A stretch of DNA of 64,000 nt from Octopus vulgaris (lineage: Eukaryota): assembly GCA_951406725.2 (NCBI GenBank), contig OX597835.1, positions 12,276,001-12,340,000 of the forward strand, in the 5' to 3' direction. Numbering within the stretch: the stretch's first letter is position 1; every line of letters starts with the position of its first letter. A program made the translations under genes and the position numbers. The notes beneath the pieces were generated by a model. It ran no database searches, had not been told where the DNA came from, and worked only from the letters and a program-made list of their open reading frames with translations. This document shows, one piece after another, positions 1-14,320 of the stretch.

Positions 1-180
1 TAATCAATCTGGATCAATCGAAAGCTTTTGATAGGGTCAACCCTTGCTACTTTGCGGTTGTTCTAAATGCAGCCGATTTTGCTCCTCGGTTTCACAATCT
101 GAACTACTTTATTGTGCAAAGTTTTTTTACTCGATTGTCAAAGTAAATGGCCTCTGGTCGGAATTACTTCGAATCTCAGG
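1..180 (+). mobile_element. L1/Tx1-type reverse transcriptase fragment
   Basis: INLDQSKAFDRVN encoded from position 3. Confidence 0.7.
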
Positions 181-213
181 AGCCTATCTATCTATCTAAC
201 AAGACAGGCAGGC

Positions 214-306
<93 letters not shown>

Positions 307-661
307 CGAGTTTTTCCCTGTGAAATAGACGTCAGGATGATTCTATTATATAAATTCTAATTCTATCGAAACGGTTCGTGCAAATCACAAATTTGTTGTC
401 TGTGTACGTATCCAAGCAGTTGAAATTGGGCGCCATGCAAATGACCCCCTAACCTATAAAAAGTCAGTCTGCACTTGAAGAATCTTTTGCGTACCTTTCA
501 GTCAGTTGAGAACTCTGAGATGATTGTTTGGTTATTAGAGTCCTTCCTTCATCAATGAAGTAACACTACACAAACCGTTTGTGCATCTAATATGAAATTC
601 CAATCACGTCACTTGTACTCCAATGCAAGTTGTTCCCAAAAAGTCTCCTAGGAGGAGTGGC

Positions 662-1066
662 TGTGCAGGAGTGGCTGTGTGGTAAGTAGCTTGCTAACCA
701 GCCACATGGTTCCGGGTTCAGTCCCACTGCGTGGCATCTTGGGCGAGTGTCTTCTGCTATAGCCCCGGGCCGACCAATGCCTTATGAGTAGATTTGGTAG
801 ACAGAAACTGAAAGAAGCCTGTCGTATATATGTATATGTATATATATATATGTATGTGTGTGTTTGTGTGTCTGTGTTTGTCCCCCTAGCATTGCTTGAC
901 AACCGATGCTGGTGTGTTTACGTCCCCGTCACTTAGCGGTTCGGCTAAAGAACCGATAGAATAAGTATTGGGCTTACAAAGAATAAGTCCCGGGGTCGAT
1001 TTGGTCGACTAAAGGCGGTGCTGCAGCATGGCCGCAGTCAAATGACTGAAACAAGTAAAAGAGTAA
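662..1066 (+). mobile_element. tRNA-derived SINE family A (~400 bp, internal TA/TG tract, (AAGAGTA)n tail). Other copies at about 29137-29582 +, 30490-30808 -, 33905-34140 -, 35238-35400 -, 37606-37987 -, 39342-39770 +, 42167-42568 +, 47441-47840 +, 48043-48450 +, 48758-49262 -, 49900-50350 -, 50568-50815 -, 54362-54514 +, 56644-57060 +, 60629-61037 +, 61685-61832 -
   Basis: Recurrent head GGAGTGGCTGTGTGGTAAG..GGTTCAGTCCC (A/B-box-like) and tail GGCGGTGCTCCAGCATGGCCGCAGTCAAATGACTGAAAC. Confidence 0.9.
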
Positions 1067-1467
1067 TAGCTTGCCGAAGTCCAGCCGACAACCTCCCTAG
1101 TTGTGACATGGACGGACACCAAGCTGACGTCATTGCTTCTGACGCTGTTAACATTCGGCTCCACATGGGGTGTTACCTGGCTCCATAAAGGCTGTCCGTA
1201 CGCCGAGACAACACTGTCACCCTCATTCTGTGTGGTTGGTATCTGCGCCTACGAAACTTTATGTAATGCGAAGTAGGATAAACCTATGAACATACTGGCT
1301 TTGAATTTTAACCTGTGGCCACCAATTTCTGGGATGCGGGTAAGTCGATTGCATCGACCCCAGTACACAACTGGTACTTATTTTACCGCCCCCGAAAGGA
1401 TGAAAGGCAAAGTCGACCTCGGTGGAATTTGAACTCAGGACACAAAGACAAACATATCTAGATTGTG

Positions 1468-1520
<53 letters not shown>

Positions 1521-1639
1521 ATATATACGTATATATACGACAGGTGGTGTAGACAACAAACAGATGTATTAGTATAACGCTCGGGAAGTGAAAAAGTATT
1601 TAACGTTTCGAGCCTACGCTCTTCCACAGAGGGAAACAA

Positions 1640-1707
<68 letters not shown>

Positions 1708-1879
1708 AAGAGAGAGCTATATAGATACATACATATATACATATATATATATATGTATGTGATAGAGAGAGATGGATAGAAAAAGATGTAAATATATGCT
1801 TACAGATATACATATTTATATAGAGACTGACAGACACACACACGCGCGCGCACACATACACATATATATACATCTATAT

Positions 1880-2219
<340 letters not shown>

Positions 2220-3492
2220 ATGTTTCTTTATTAGCCACACAGGGCTGCACACAGATAGAACAAATTACAAGGTAGAGCTTTTCTTTTGAAGGTTTAAAAA
2301 AAAAAAAAAAAAAAGGAAGGGGGAGTTTCGATCAAAAGGGATCGTAAAAGGAGAGAAAGAGGACAAAAAAAGGGGGTTAAAAAAAAGGGGGAGAGGAAAA
2401 AAATTGATCAATAGGGATCGTTATCACAGAAATGTCAATATGAAGTGTAAAGGGGAGGACAGGTGAGGTTTACCCGTGGAAAGAAAAGCCTACGGAAAAG
2501 ACCACGGTAACCTCGGTCAATGAAGTCACATTTTATATTTCTTTTTTTTTTTTTTTTTTTTTTTGCAAATAAGCAACTCTCTGTTTTCGATTTCTGGGTT
2601 CATAGGACTATGCTCAAGGTGGCTTCGTCATTCATACGTGCCATTCTTGCTACATTCACCCATCTTTTTTTAAAACATTCGCTAGACAAAACTTGCCTCT
2701 CTACTCTCACTTTCCTTTTCAAGTGGTACTTGAAGAAGTTTATGAGAGATTGACCAGAAAGGAAAGTGTTTGTCTCCAATCCTTTCAGACGCGTCCACCA
2801 GATACATTCTTTCGCCATAGCCACAAGGATGATGAAAATAGCTCTTCCTTCCCGTTTGAAGGAAGGAGGCGTGACAATATTGACGATAGACTCAGCTGAT
2901 AAACCGACTCGTCCCACACGTGACAGCAGTTGTTCGACATAAGCCCACAGGTCGGAAATTGTTGGACACTGAACGAGTGCGTGCAGAACGGTTTCGTCGC
3001 TCTGACCGCATCTCGGGCAGGTCGGCCCCGTGTTTCTCGAGCCGTGTCTGTAGAGCTTATCCCGAACGGGTAGCGCTTCTCGGTAGCACTGCCAGGCCAG
3101 GGATCTCTGGAAGTTGTCCATGGGCCCTGGCCCGAAAGTCGTCCTGAACAGGCGGGTCAGGTACTCCTCGTCGACGTCCAGGTTCGCCCCGAGCTCGTCG
3201 TCGTACCTCCTCCACTAAACCCCTATAGAATGCTTTGGTTGTGTTGAAGTCACTTAAGGTCGACCCAGGACGGCAGAGTTGCTTGAGAGCAACGCGACAC
3301 TCGCGGTGCCATTCGCCCTTCCTCGGCCTCTTTTTGATCCACGACTGCAGTTCGGTCATGGAGACGAGCTGCGGGAAAGCGTGCCTCACAAACGGCGACC
3401 ACACCTGTTCACCGTCGTCTACATAGAGCCAGAGATGCCGCAGTCTCAGCGCGTGTCTGCGCATCATCAACCACGGCATGCCCAGCCCTCCT
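2220..3492 (-). mobile_element. 5'-truncated Tx1/L1-clade LINE (ORF2 C-terminus with zf-RVT knuckle, plus 3' UTR)
   Basis: ORFs 3057-3479 and 2600-3121 (frameshifted): WQCYREALPVRDKL..CPRCGQSDETVLHALVQC; (GATA)n on both sides. Confidence 0.85.
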
Positions 3493-3493
3493 T

Positions 3494-3596
<103 letters not shown>

Positions 3597-4479
3597 CGAG
3601 TTATTCCCTGTGAAGCAGACGTCAGGATGATTCTATTATAAGAATTGTAAATCGCCATTTATTTCCTATTATTTTCTTGTTTGTTACTTTCTTGTTCAGA
3701 AACAGCGATAACATAAATTAAGTTTACATTTAAACAGTAAAATTTGATTATATACACAAGGTATTTGTGGTTCCAGTGATCATCTCGAAGATAAAAGAAA
3801 GAAAATCGTTCTTCATAAGACAGGGATTTTTTTTTTCCTAAGCTTCTTTTCTCGAATCGCAGTTTTATTTGTTTTGCCGTTATTTTTATACAAGATTGCG
3901 TTTTGTATATCTGTTTCTTTGACTAGTATTCATTGCTACCTTTGAAGAAATATTCTTGAAATGAGAAGGCAAGGAGTCTATAGAAAAATACAATCAAATA
4001 AAATAACAATTGATTCTTAAGCAGAAAGGAAATGATATATATGTGTAATTTTAAAAAAAAAAGTAAACGCATATTTATTTGAATGTTTTGCGGTGGGGTT
4101 ATTTAGTGAAGGCTTGCCTGTACAAACGTGAGGGCGCGTGGCTTAGTGGTTAGGGCATTCGGCTCATGATCGTAAGGTTGTGAGTTCGATTCCCGGCGAC
4201 GCGTTGTGTCCTTGAGCAAGACACTTTATTTCACGTTGCTCCAGTCCACTCAGCTGGCAAAAATGAGTTGTACTTGTATTTCAAAGGGTCAGCCTTGTCA
4301 CTCTCTGTGTCACGCTGATTATCCCCGAGAACTACGTTAAGGGTACACGTGTCTGTGGAATGCTCAGCCATTTGCACGTTAATTTCACGAGCAAGCTGTT
4401 CCGTTGATCGTATCAGCTGGGACCCTCGTCGTCGTAACCGGCGGAGTCTTTTTTTTTTTTAGCCTGTACAAACACATCG

Positions 4480-6660
4480 AAATCAGTGAAAATTGTACCG
4501 GTAAAGTTGTCCCTTAAATTGGTGTAATTCGAAGACTGCAAAAGAAAACTGGAAGAAAATACCAAAGTGGGTCGATCTTCTCATAATGAAGGACTGGCTG
4601 TAGTGGCTAATGGGTGACCTGAAGTGTGTGATGGATATAATAAGGGTAGTGAGATTGGGATGTGAACGAGTGTATCTTAGAGGAGTTGGCGTGAAGTCAA
4701 ACATCGCCGAAGTGAACAGATATGAGACAACACGAATGCTAGTCAGAGTTTTAGAGGGTGTTTGTGGGTGACTCTCTCACTTAATCGATTGGCCTTTCTT
4801 TAGATACAGACTAGGTTGTCTCTATGTGTAGCAGCAGCACATAGCCCCTTACACAGGAGCAGTACTTTATTGTTGATCTCATCATTTCTTTCTGCTTTTT
4901 TTTTTTTTTAGAGACCAATTTGTAGTAGTCAGGGGCTAAAGCAATATTTTAACTCTGAAGAGAAAATGTAACCTTTGTGATGCAGTCTTTACTACCTCGA
5001 GGATGATGGTTCACCGCGAGAGGGATTTTCTTCGGTGGTGAGATGCAACATCTGAAATGTTCAGGAGGATCTGGTTTCATGTCGTTCATGTAACTAGAGC
5101 CGGCGAGATGGCATACGATAATATTCTCTTGATATGAACAGTTATTGTGTTTTGGAGTGGAGGCGCAATGGCCCAGTGTTTAGGGCAGCGGACTCGCAGT
5201 CATAGGATCGCTGTTTCGATTCCCAGACCGGGCGTTGTGGGTGTTTATTGAGCAAAATCACCTAAAAAGCTCCACGAGGCTCCGGCAGGGGATGGTGGTG
5301 ATCCCTGCTGTACTCTTTCACCACAAATTTCTCTCACTCTTACTTCCTGTTTCTGTTGTACCTGCATTTCAAAGGGCCGGCCTTGTCACTCTCTGTGTCA
5401 CGCTGAATATCCCCGAGAACTACGTTAAGGGTACACGTGTCAATGGAGTGCTCAGCCACTTACACGTTAATTTCACGAGCAGGCTGTTCCGTTGATTCGG
5501 ATCAACCGGAACCCTCATCGTCGTAACCGATGGAGTGCTTCCATCCAGTCAGGGGCTAAAGCAATATTTTAACTCTGAAGAGAAAATGTAACCTTTGTGA
5601 TGCAGTCTTTACTACCTTGGGGATGATGGTTCACCTCGAGGATTTTCTTCGGTGGTGAGATGCAACATCTGAAATGTTCACGAGGGTCTGGTTTCATGTC
5701 GTTCGTGTAACTAGAGCCGGCGAGATGGCATACGATAATATTCTCTTGATATGAACAGTTATTGTGTTTTGGAGTGGAGGCACAATGGCCCAGTGGTTAG
5801 GGCAGCGGACTCGCGGTCATAGGATCGCGGTTTCGATTCCCAGACCGGGCGTTGTGAGTGTTTATTGAGCGAAAACACCTAAAAGCTCCACGAGGCTCCG
5901 GCAGGGGATGGTGGTGATCCCTGCTGTACTCTTTCACCACAAATTTCTCTCACTCTTACTTCCTGTTTCTGTTGTACCTGTATTTCAAAGGGCCGGCCTT
6001 GTCACTCTCTGTGTCACGCTGAATATCCCCGAGAACTACGTTAAGGGTACACGTGTCTGTGGAGTGCTCAGCCACTTACACGTTAATTTCACGAGCAGGC
6101 TGTTCCGTTGATTCGGATCAACCGGAACCCTCGTCGTCGTAACCGACGGAGTGCTTCCATATTGTGTTTTGGATATAAAAAATGACATGATTGGCGCTAT
6201 TCCATGTTATATTTTAGAGTTCTCTTGGGCTTTTGGTACAAGCTATCTAAGGTACAAAGAGACGATACTTGGATGGGGAAGGTTAGCGAGGAATGATCAT
6301 TGCTGCAGAAAACAAAGAGTATATCTTTGATTTGTCGGGAAAAGTGTGTTATCCCAGAATTGATAAAGTTTGGAGGTAGGGAATGAGAGAGAGCTTCACT
6401 AACACAAGTGACAAAAGGCAGATGAAGTTTATATCAAGAAACTTTAAGAGAAGATTGCTACACCAAAAACGGTTGAAACTTGACTAATGTCCAAGCTAAT
6501 AACTACGTTTTCATTAAATTTCTAAGGACGAATGACCACTAATGAGTAGCATTGAAGATTTCCGATAGATTTGCCTTTACAACAATCGTGCACAGGGATG
6601 AAAGAAGGCGAAGTTGAACTTGTGGGATACAATGAAAAAAAGAGAGACTTTGGATAGGGC
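4480..6660 (-). mobile_element. Decayed L2/CR1-group LINE remnant interrupted by SINEs and a tandem duplication
   Basis: Minus-strand translation gives LVCI*RKANRL (cf. LDxIQRKAxRLI) and ITHFRSPISHYSQSF; heavily degraded. Confidence 0.45.
4928..6173 (+). repeat. Tandem duplication of a ~620-bp unit (LINE remnant + SINE C)
   Basis: gtcaggggctaaagcaatatt starts at 4928 and 5548; TSD TATTGTGTTTTGGA precedes each SINE and follows only the second. Confidence 0.85.
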
Positions 6661-6740
6661 ATAGATGTATTAGTATAACGCTCGGGAAGTGAAAAAGTAT
6701 TTAACGTTTCGAGCCTACGCTCTTCCACAGAGGGAAACAA

Positions 6741-6794
<54 letters not shown>

Positions 6795-7320
6795 AAGAGA
6801 GAGCTATATAGATACATACATATATACATATATATATATATGTATGTGTGAGAGAGAGAAATGGATAGAAAAAGATGAGGAAAGTTAGAGAGGAATGATC
6901 ATTGCTGCAGAAAACAAAAGGTCGTACTTGACTGATACCTATTATGTCTATTGTTAACGATGTGGAGGCGCAATGGCCCAGTGGTTAGGGCAAAGGACTC
7001 GCGGTTTCGATTCCCAGACCGGACGTTGTGAGTGTTCATTGAGCAAAAACACTTAAAGTTCCACCAGGTTCCGGCAGCGAGTGGAGGCAAACCCTGCTGT
7101 ACTCATTCACCACAACTTTCACTCTTTCCTTCCTGTTTCTGTTGTACCTGTATTTGAAAGGACCAGCCTTGCCACACTCTGTGTCACGCTGAATCTCCCC
7201 CCAAGAACTACACTATGGGTATATGTGTCTGAGGAGTACTCAGCCACTTGCACGTTAATTTCACGAGCAGGCTGTTCCGTTGAACGTGCCACGTTATTGC
7301 TAACGATGAAAGGCAAGATC

Positions 7321-7537
7321 TGTTTCTTTACTGCCCACAAGGGGCTAAACATAGAGGGGACAAACAAGGACAGACAAACGGATTAAGTCGATTACATCGA
7401 CCCCAGTGCGTAACTGGTACTTAATTTATCGACCCCGAAAGGATGAAAGGCAAAGTCGACCTCGGCGGAATTTGAACTCAGAGCGCAACGCTAAGCATTT
7501 CGCCCGGTGTGCTAACGTTTCTGCCAGCTCGCCGCCT
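7321..7537 (-). mobile_element. SINE family B (Meta-domain-like core) with a 15-bp TSD. Other copies at about 1313-1440, 18035-18137, 22396-23132 (x3), 25520-26350 (x3), 32669-32900, 38077-38530 (x2), 53948-54140
   Basis: Core GCCTTTCATCCTTTCGGGGTCGATAAATTAAGTACCAG; TSD ATGAAAGGCAAGATC at 7306-7320 and 7539-7553. Confidence 0.85.
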
Positions 7538-8466
7538 AATGAAAGGCAAGATCGACGCTAGCAAGGTTCGAACTTTGATTTAACTAAATACCATTAAGTA
7601 ACTCACCGTGATAAACAGCAAAAGTTATTATATTCTTCGGTTGAGGTTTAGAGTTTTTTTAGTGCAAATATATAGTTTCTTTACGCATTTAAAATACATT
7701 GACTTGGTTCTTTTTTTTTTTTCTATTTTCTTCTCTTTTTCCTCACATTTTTCGTTGTTGTTTTTCATGTTCTTGTACTGATTTTTTTTTGCTTCGTCAT
7801 CATCTTTTTCTTCTACGTCGACGTCTCTTCTTCTTCTTCTTCCACACTATCATCGTCTTCTCCGTGCCTACGCACTCACTTGCCATCCTCTTCCTACTTT
7901 TATCCGCCTCTTTTATCCTCCATCTTGTTCTTGTTACTGTTCTGTTATTATTTCCTATTATTATTCAGCCATTCATTAATTCATTCATTCATTCATTCTT
8001 CTTCTTCTTCTTCAGCTCCTCCTCCTGCTCTTTCTTCTTCACCTCCTCCACCCCTCGTCTTCTTCTTCTTCTTCTTCTTCTCAATATTCTTGCTTTTGTG
8101 TTTTATTTTCAACCTAAATCCGATCGATATATCTTATGATACAAATATTATGTTGGAACAATATTTGTTCATCAAATTTCATTCTTTTTTCTTCATTTTT
8201 TTTAGAAATCTGTTATTTTGTCTTTTCAACTTCTAAAATCCTTTTTTCCAATCATTATAAGTAAATTTATAATCGAAATATATATATATCTGCATCTCAC
8301 TACATTTGAAGTAATGAAAATAAAATTAGGGATATAATCTTAATGCAAATTCAGATATTGACCGTAGATATTCTGTTTTAAAACATAGGAGAATGAATTG
8401 CAGTAAATTACAGTTCATAAAATTAATATAGATAGAGAGAGAAAGAGAGAGACTCAGAAAGATATG

Positions 8467-8550
<84 letters not shown>

Positions 8551-8553
<3 letters not shown>

Positions 8554-8655
8554 TCATCATCATCATCATCGTTTAGCGTCCGTTTTCCATGCTAGCGTAG
8601 AACCGTCCAACCCATGCTAGCATGGAAAACGGACGCTAAACGATGATGATGATGA

Positions 8656-8659
<4 letters not shown>
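8551..8659. repeat. Near-perfect hairpin embedded in (TA)n
   Basis: catcatcgtttagcgtccgttttccatgctagc ... gctagcatggaaaacggacgctaaacgatgatg. Confidence 0.9.
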
Positions 8660-8722
<63 letters not shown>

Positions 8723-8764
8723 TAGATAGATATACATATAGATATATAGATATACATATATATA

Positions 8765-8805
<41 letters not shown>

Positions 8806-8841
8806 GGGAGAGAGAGTCAGAAAGATATTGTGTATATATAC

Positions 8842-8876
<35 letters not shown>

Positions 8877-8924
8877 GAGAGAAATAGATGAATATTGACA
8901 GATCTTGTCAGATATAGATAGATT

Positions 8925-8993
<69 letters not shown>

Positions 8994-9134
8994 TATACAA
9001 TTATGTGCGTTGACTGCTGCATCAGAGCACTTTAGCTCTTATTTCTAGCATTGTAGGTGTTCTAACTTCCTCAGTCATATTTATCGACAGTTATAGTTTT
9101 CCTTTTTGGTAATATATTGTTAAACCACTGCCTA

Positions 9135-9191
<57 letters not shown>

Positions 9192-9216
9192 TCGGGGTGA
9201 GTACTTGCTGTTGTGC

Positions 9217-9294
9217 GCGGCTGAAGAAGGCCACAGACATACATTATGCATTGTTATAAATCTGTCTAATAAAGGCCCGAAACATATGTACCGC
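9217..9294 (+). ncRNA. Type I hammerhead ribozyme motif, canonical core
   Basis: GCGG-CTGAAGA-AGGCC...GGCCC-GAAAC-ATAT-GTA|CCGC: stem I GCGG/CCGC, extended stem II, palindromic stem III ACATATGT, GUA triplet. Confidence 0.8.
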
Positions 9295-9323
9295 TGAATC
9301 CTTCGCATCATGTTTTTATTTTG

Positions 9324-9374
<51 letters not shown>

Positions 9375-9417
9375 TAGCAGAGATACCCTGTATAGCTCGA
9401 GATGACACAGCATAGTT

Positions 9418-9470
<53 letters not shown>

Positions 9471-9479
9471 CTGTTATGT

Positions 9480-10685
9480 TGAAACAGTTAACACAGGAAA
9501 GTGCTGCATTGACAAAACATTTGTGGAATAACTGTTAAAGCTTTGCATAAACGTCAATTTGAGTTTAGCACACGACTTTGGAAAGAATTATCATTTTTAT
9601 AAGAATGGTATGGATTATATCTCAAAGCAGCTCCAGGTGTTGTGAAGAACGAATTTGTACGTGGTCTGTTTCCGAGAGCTATTCTATTGGAGTTCTGTGT
9701 AATCTAGCGTGCTAAATTTGTAGGTCAGGTCAACAGTGCAAAAGAATTTTGAATTAGCGGAATCGAAGAAAGGTAAGGAGAGTCTTGAAGATAACCCAGG
9801 GTCTGAACATCCTGCAACTGTCATCACCAAAGAAAACATTGATCGTGTCGACCATGTGGTGATGGACGACAGAGAGTTGACTATAAATTAAAGAGTCAAT
9901 GTTATTAGTGTGTCCCGTGAGAGAGTTGAGAATATTCTGCGCAATGAAGTTGGCATGAGAAAGGTTTCTGCTCAGAGGATACCACGTCGTCTAACATATG
10001 ATTAAAAGTGCAACAGGCTGATCACATTAAGCGGAAATCTGATATTGTTCGAGAAAGATCCAACTGGTTTCCTTGAACGTTTGCTAACTCAGGATGAGTA
10101 TTGGCTTCATCACTTTGAACCAGAGACAAAGAGACAATCCATGCAGTGGAAACATCCTCCTCACTTGATCCAAAGATCAAAGTCACTTTATCAACAGGGA
10201 AGGTACTGGTGCCAGATTTTTGAGATGCAAAACGCATTGTGTTTAATGAGTGTCTTCAAACGGGCCACAGCTTGGGTGAAGAATATTATGTCAACTTGCT
10301 GAGGCAGTTACGAAAGGCTATCCCGAACAAATACCTAGGAAAACTGACGAAACGAGGTATTGTTTTATCAGGACAATACTTCAGCATACAACTCCGTTTG
10401 AGTAGCTTTTGTTATGACCCCGGCTTTGAATTGGTTGATCACTCTCCTTATTCTCTTGATTTGGCCTCTATCATCTGTTCTCCACTATCGCAGAAATGAT
10501 GACGTCTTATCTGTTGTCGGATTTTTTGACCAACAGAATGGAAGCTTCTTCACGAAGCAATACAACACCGACGGAAGAAGTTTGTGGCCCGCAAGGGGGA
10601 CTACGTTGAAAAATAAACCACATTTTGGTCGCACTTCGTGAGAGTACCTTAATCAGACTATGAACTTTTCAGCCGTACCTCGTAC
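9480..10685 (+). mobile_element. Decayed mariner transposon (transposase pseudogene with right TIR)
   Basis: TQDEYWLHHFEPETKRQSMQWKH (first catalytic D region) and HSPYSLDLA (cf. YSPDLAP); ends ctatgaacttttcagccgtacctcg|TA. Left boundary approximate. Confidence 0.85.
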
Positions 10686-11033
10686 AACATTATTTTATAT
10701 TAGTTTATATATTTCTTTCGCAAAATCTAATTTCTGATGCCCCAAAGACAAAAGCAAAAATAAAAAGGAAAACAGAAATAGAAAATAGAACTGACAAAAG
10801 TATTAAGAGAACTCAGTAAAGAAAAGATAACAATTAATTAGATATTACATAAGACATTGTAGCATTGTTTATTTGTCTGGTTTTATTTTCGCTAATAGGA
10901 TTGTTTTTTTCTCTTTAAACTACATTTCGAATAGAAACAAAAAACTCGCAGTTATCCTTTTATTGGTTTATGTGTGAGGACGATTTCAGGGGTTTGCGAG
11001 TTTGTATGTGCGCGTGCACGTGTGTGTGTGTAT

Positions 11034-11064
<31 letters not shown>

Positions 11065-11173
11065 CGCTTTGTTTCCGAACATGTGAGGGAAATATTACTA
11101 TAGATATTTGAGTTCGGATTATTTTATATTAGGAATGAACTATACGAATAGACAGACAGACAGACACTCAGTC

Positions 11174-11338
<165 letters not shown>

Positions 11339-11364
11339 CTCAGTCAGACAGACAGACAGAGAGG

Positions 11365-11491
<127 letters not shown>

Positions 11492-11618
11492 GCAGACAGA
11501 CAGGCAGACAGACAGACAGACAGACAGACAGATGTAGATATCCAAGACGATTACAATGAACACGTAGATTAATACATCTGCACATTTCTTTTTTTTTATT
11601 TCTACAGTCTATTTTATA

Positions 11619-11824
11619 CAGTATATCTGATTTCAATGTGTCCGACGGACGTTTCCGCTGCATAGACATCACCCCGTTATACATGCACCCAGTCACATCA
11701 TTCATCACGTTATTAGCCCATGCAACTTTATTCAAGGTGCAGCCGCGTAACTGGGTGCGAATGCAACTGGGAGATATCTATGCAGCAGAAACGTGCGTCG
11801 GACACATTTAACTCAAACATGGTG
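11619..11824. mobile_element. Fold-back MITE with TA flanks
   Basis: aatgtgtccgacggacgtttccgctgcatagacatc...gcacccagt pairs with actgggtgc...gatatctatgcagcagaaacgtgcgtcggacacatt; TA at both ends. Confidence 0.7.
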
Positions 11825-12120
11825 TATAATTGACACAAGAAAATTTTTAAAAAACGAGCAGATATAATAATATCCGTATTCACTGCAAATGTCTTGGATA
11901 TATATTCGATAAATTATTTATAATCCAGCGAATCGAACACAGGATTTACCCATTGGATAAGATACATTTGGGATTGCTTAACTCAAGTAATCCTAACTGT
12001 TCCTTACCGCTCAATGTGGTTAGCCATAACTTGGATTATAACTGTATACTTGAACGGTACCTGCCTGGATATATTACCGCCATATCTTCACTAATATATA
12101 AATATACATACATACATACA

Positions 12121-12154
<34 letters not shown>

Positions 12155-12299
12155 CATACATATATACATACATACATATATATACATTTATTTTCGTAAA
12201 CCTTCCCGTTATATATATATATGTAGGGAAATTCTACGAAGACAGGTGGTGTACAAAACAAACAAATGTATTAGTATAGCGCTCAGGAATAGAACAAGT

Positions 12300-12335
12300 C
12301 TTTTACGTTTCGAGCCTACGCACTTCGACAGAAAG
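12300..12335 (-). ncRNA. Minimal hammerhead-like motif, A6U variant (relatives at about 1597-1633 -, 6698-6733 -, 35502-35537 +, 55940-55975 +)
   Basis: Reverse complement CTTT-CTGTCGA-A-GTGC-GTAG-GCTC-GAAAC-GTA|AAAG. Confidence 0.5.
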
Positions 12336-12437
12336 ATACACAGAAAAAAACAAGGCGAGAAACAAGGAGAGAACAAAATGCGTGTAGGGGCTAACGATCT
12401 ATGTATGTATGTATGTATATATATATATATATATGTA

Positions 12438-12472
<35 letters not shown>

Positions 12473-12841
12473 ACATATAAATGTATTTATCAATAAAATA
12501 TGATAAAGAAAAAGGAAACTGTGAAATTGAACGAGAAACACTAACTACCAAAATAAACGAAACTATCGACAGAATCGGGATCTGGAACTTCCTCAACCAC
12601 CTCCTCCTCTCCTCTCCCCTCCCCTCCCCCTCCCCTCCCTCCGCCGCCTCCTCGTCATCATGATCGCTTCTGTATAAAAGAATGAAAATAGTTCAAACAC
12701 GAAACAGTATGTATGTGTGTGTCTGTGTGTCCGTCCGTTCCCATATATATATATATATATATATAATCCTTTCACGCATATATAATATATGTATGTATGT
12801 GTATATATATATATGTGTGTGTGTACATATATTTGTGTGTA

Positions 12842-12890
<49 letters not shown>

Positions 12891-14104
12891 ACAATGCTAA
12901 ACTGCTTTAGTTTTCTAAATAGTGTCAACACAAGGCTATAATTATGCGTTAACAGGTACATCATATACGTGCCATTACATTGATATTTCACTGCAAACGG
13001 AATCTGATATTATCAAACAATTAGAACTGGTAGACCACAGAAGCACAACATCTAAATTACAAGTGTACATAGTCTAGTTTATACAAACGCCAATTTACTG
13101 CAATATACCCAGGTTCCATATTTACACAGAAATGTATTTGCTAAATCGATGAAGTATATACAACTGTGTGTATAAAAATAAACGTGGTTTTTGTTACAGT
13201 CTATTTCAACCCACTTCAATCTATTTTTCCATTCGGTTTGTATTTTTAACCATATTTTCTTTTATTTAGGTTCTATACTGGAGACATGGAAACTGCAGAA
13301 CCTGATTGATTCTTTCAGAAGCAAGCAAGACAATAAATAAATAAAAGAAAGCAGGAATTTGATACAAGACCAGCTGTTGCCGGTTTTTGTTGATTTTTGT
13401 ACATGGTGACGGAAAATCCAGGAAATAACAATGGCCGCTTATATTACAGTAAGCAAATTATAGTTATACGCAGCCATATAACTAATAATTATTTTTTTTA
13501 AATAATAAAGGGGGTAGGCAAAAACAAAACGTTAAGATCAATAGCTAAAGATAGACTTACCTTTTCTGCTTCAGTTCTATTTTAGGTAAGTTTCCAGAAC
13601 TTTCAGTCAGAATTAGTTGGACATACTCCAACCACGTATTATTGCTTGTTGTCCACTGTATTCCTCTCCTCCCCCCTCCCGCCATCGTAGAAATTACAAA
13701 GCATAATATATTAGGATTCCAAATGTTTGATTTGTTCGTCGTTAGTTTAATATGTAACAGAGCTTCCATCGTGTCGTTCGGATGACGATCTGCTCCATTG
13801 AACGTCCTCTTCTTTGTGCCACCATCGATACGCCCCGTCGATGATCGATATCATTTTATTTCTGAACAGAACAACTGATTCAGCTATCAATTCGTGATGC
13901 CATTAAACGCCGTTGTCCTCTACAGTCGGTGACAGCACTGTATAATTGACGAGTGTTTTTTAATTTTTTTTTATATAGCTCTCAATAACATATTAAAACC
14001 CTGGAATGAAATGTGCTCCACCACACTGAATTATAAAGATGTTTTCGTTCAGCATCATCACCATCACCACCCTCGTCACCTTCTTCCACATTAACCTCAC
14101 CCTC

Positions 14105-14144
<40 letters not shown>

Positions 14145-14289
14145 CATTTACTATATTCAACACCAAAGCAACAACGCCACTCTCTTTACCGTCTGTCTCC
14201 ACAGCCACTACCTTAATATCCTCATCATCATCATCCCCTCCATTACCATCAGGATCACCACCACCACTACCACCATCATCATCATCATC

Positions 14290-14320
<31 letters not shown>

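Noticed and set aside
648-902. Recurring ORFs such as [24 protein letters not shown] and MVVIPAVLFHHKFL
   Set aside because: Translations of SINE families A and C.
11608-11811. Apparent exon after a strong acceptor (SILYSISDF...)
   Set aside because: The open frame coincides with the fold-back MITE and has no protein motif.
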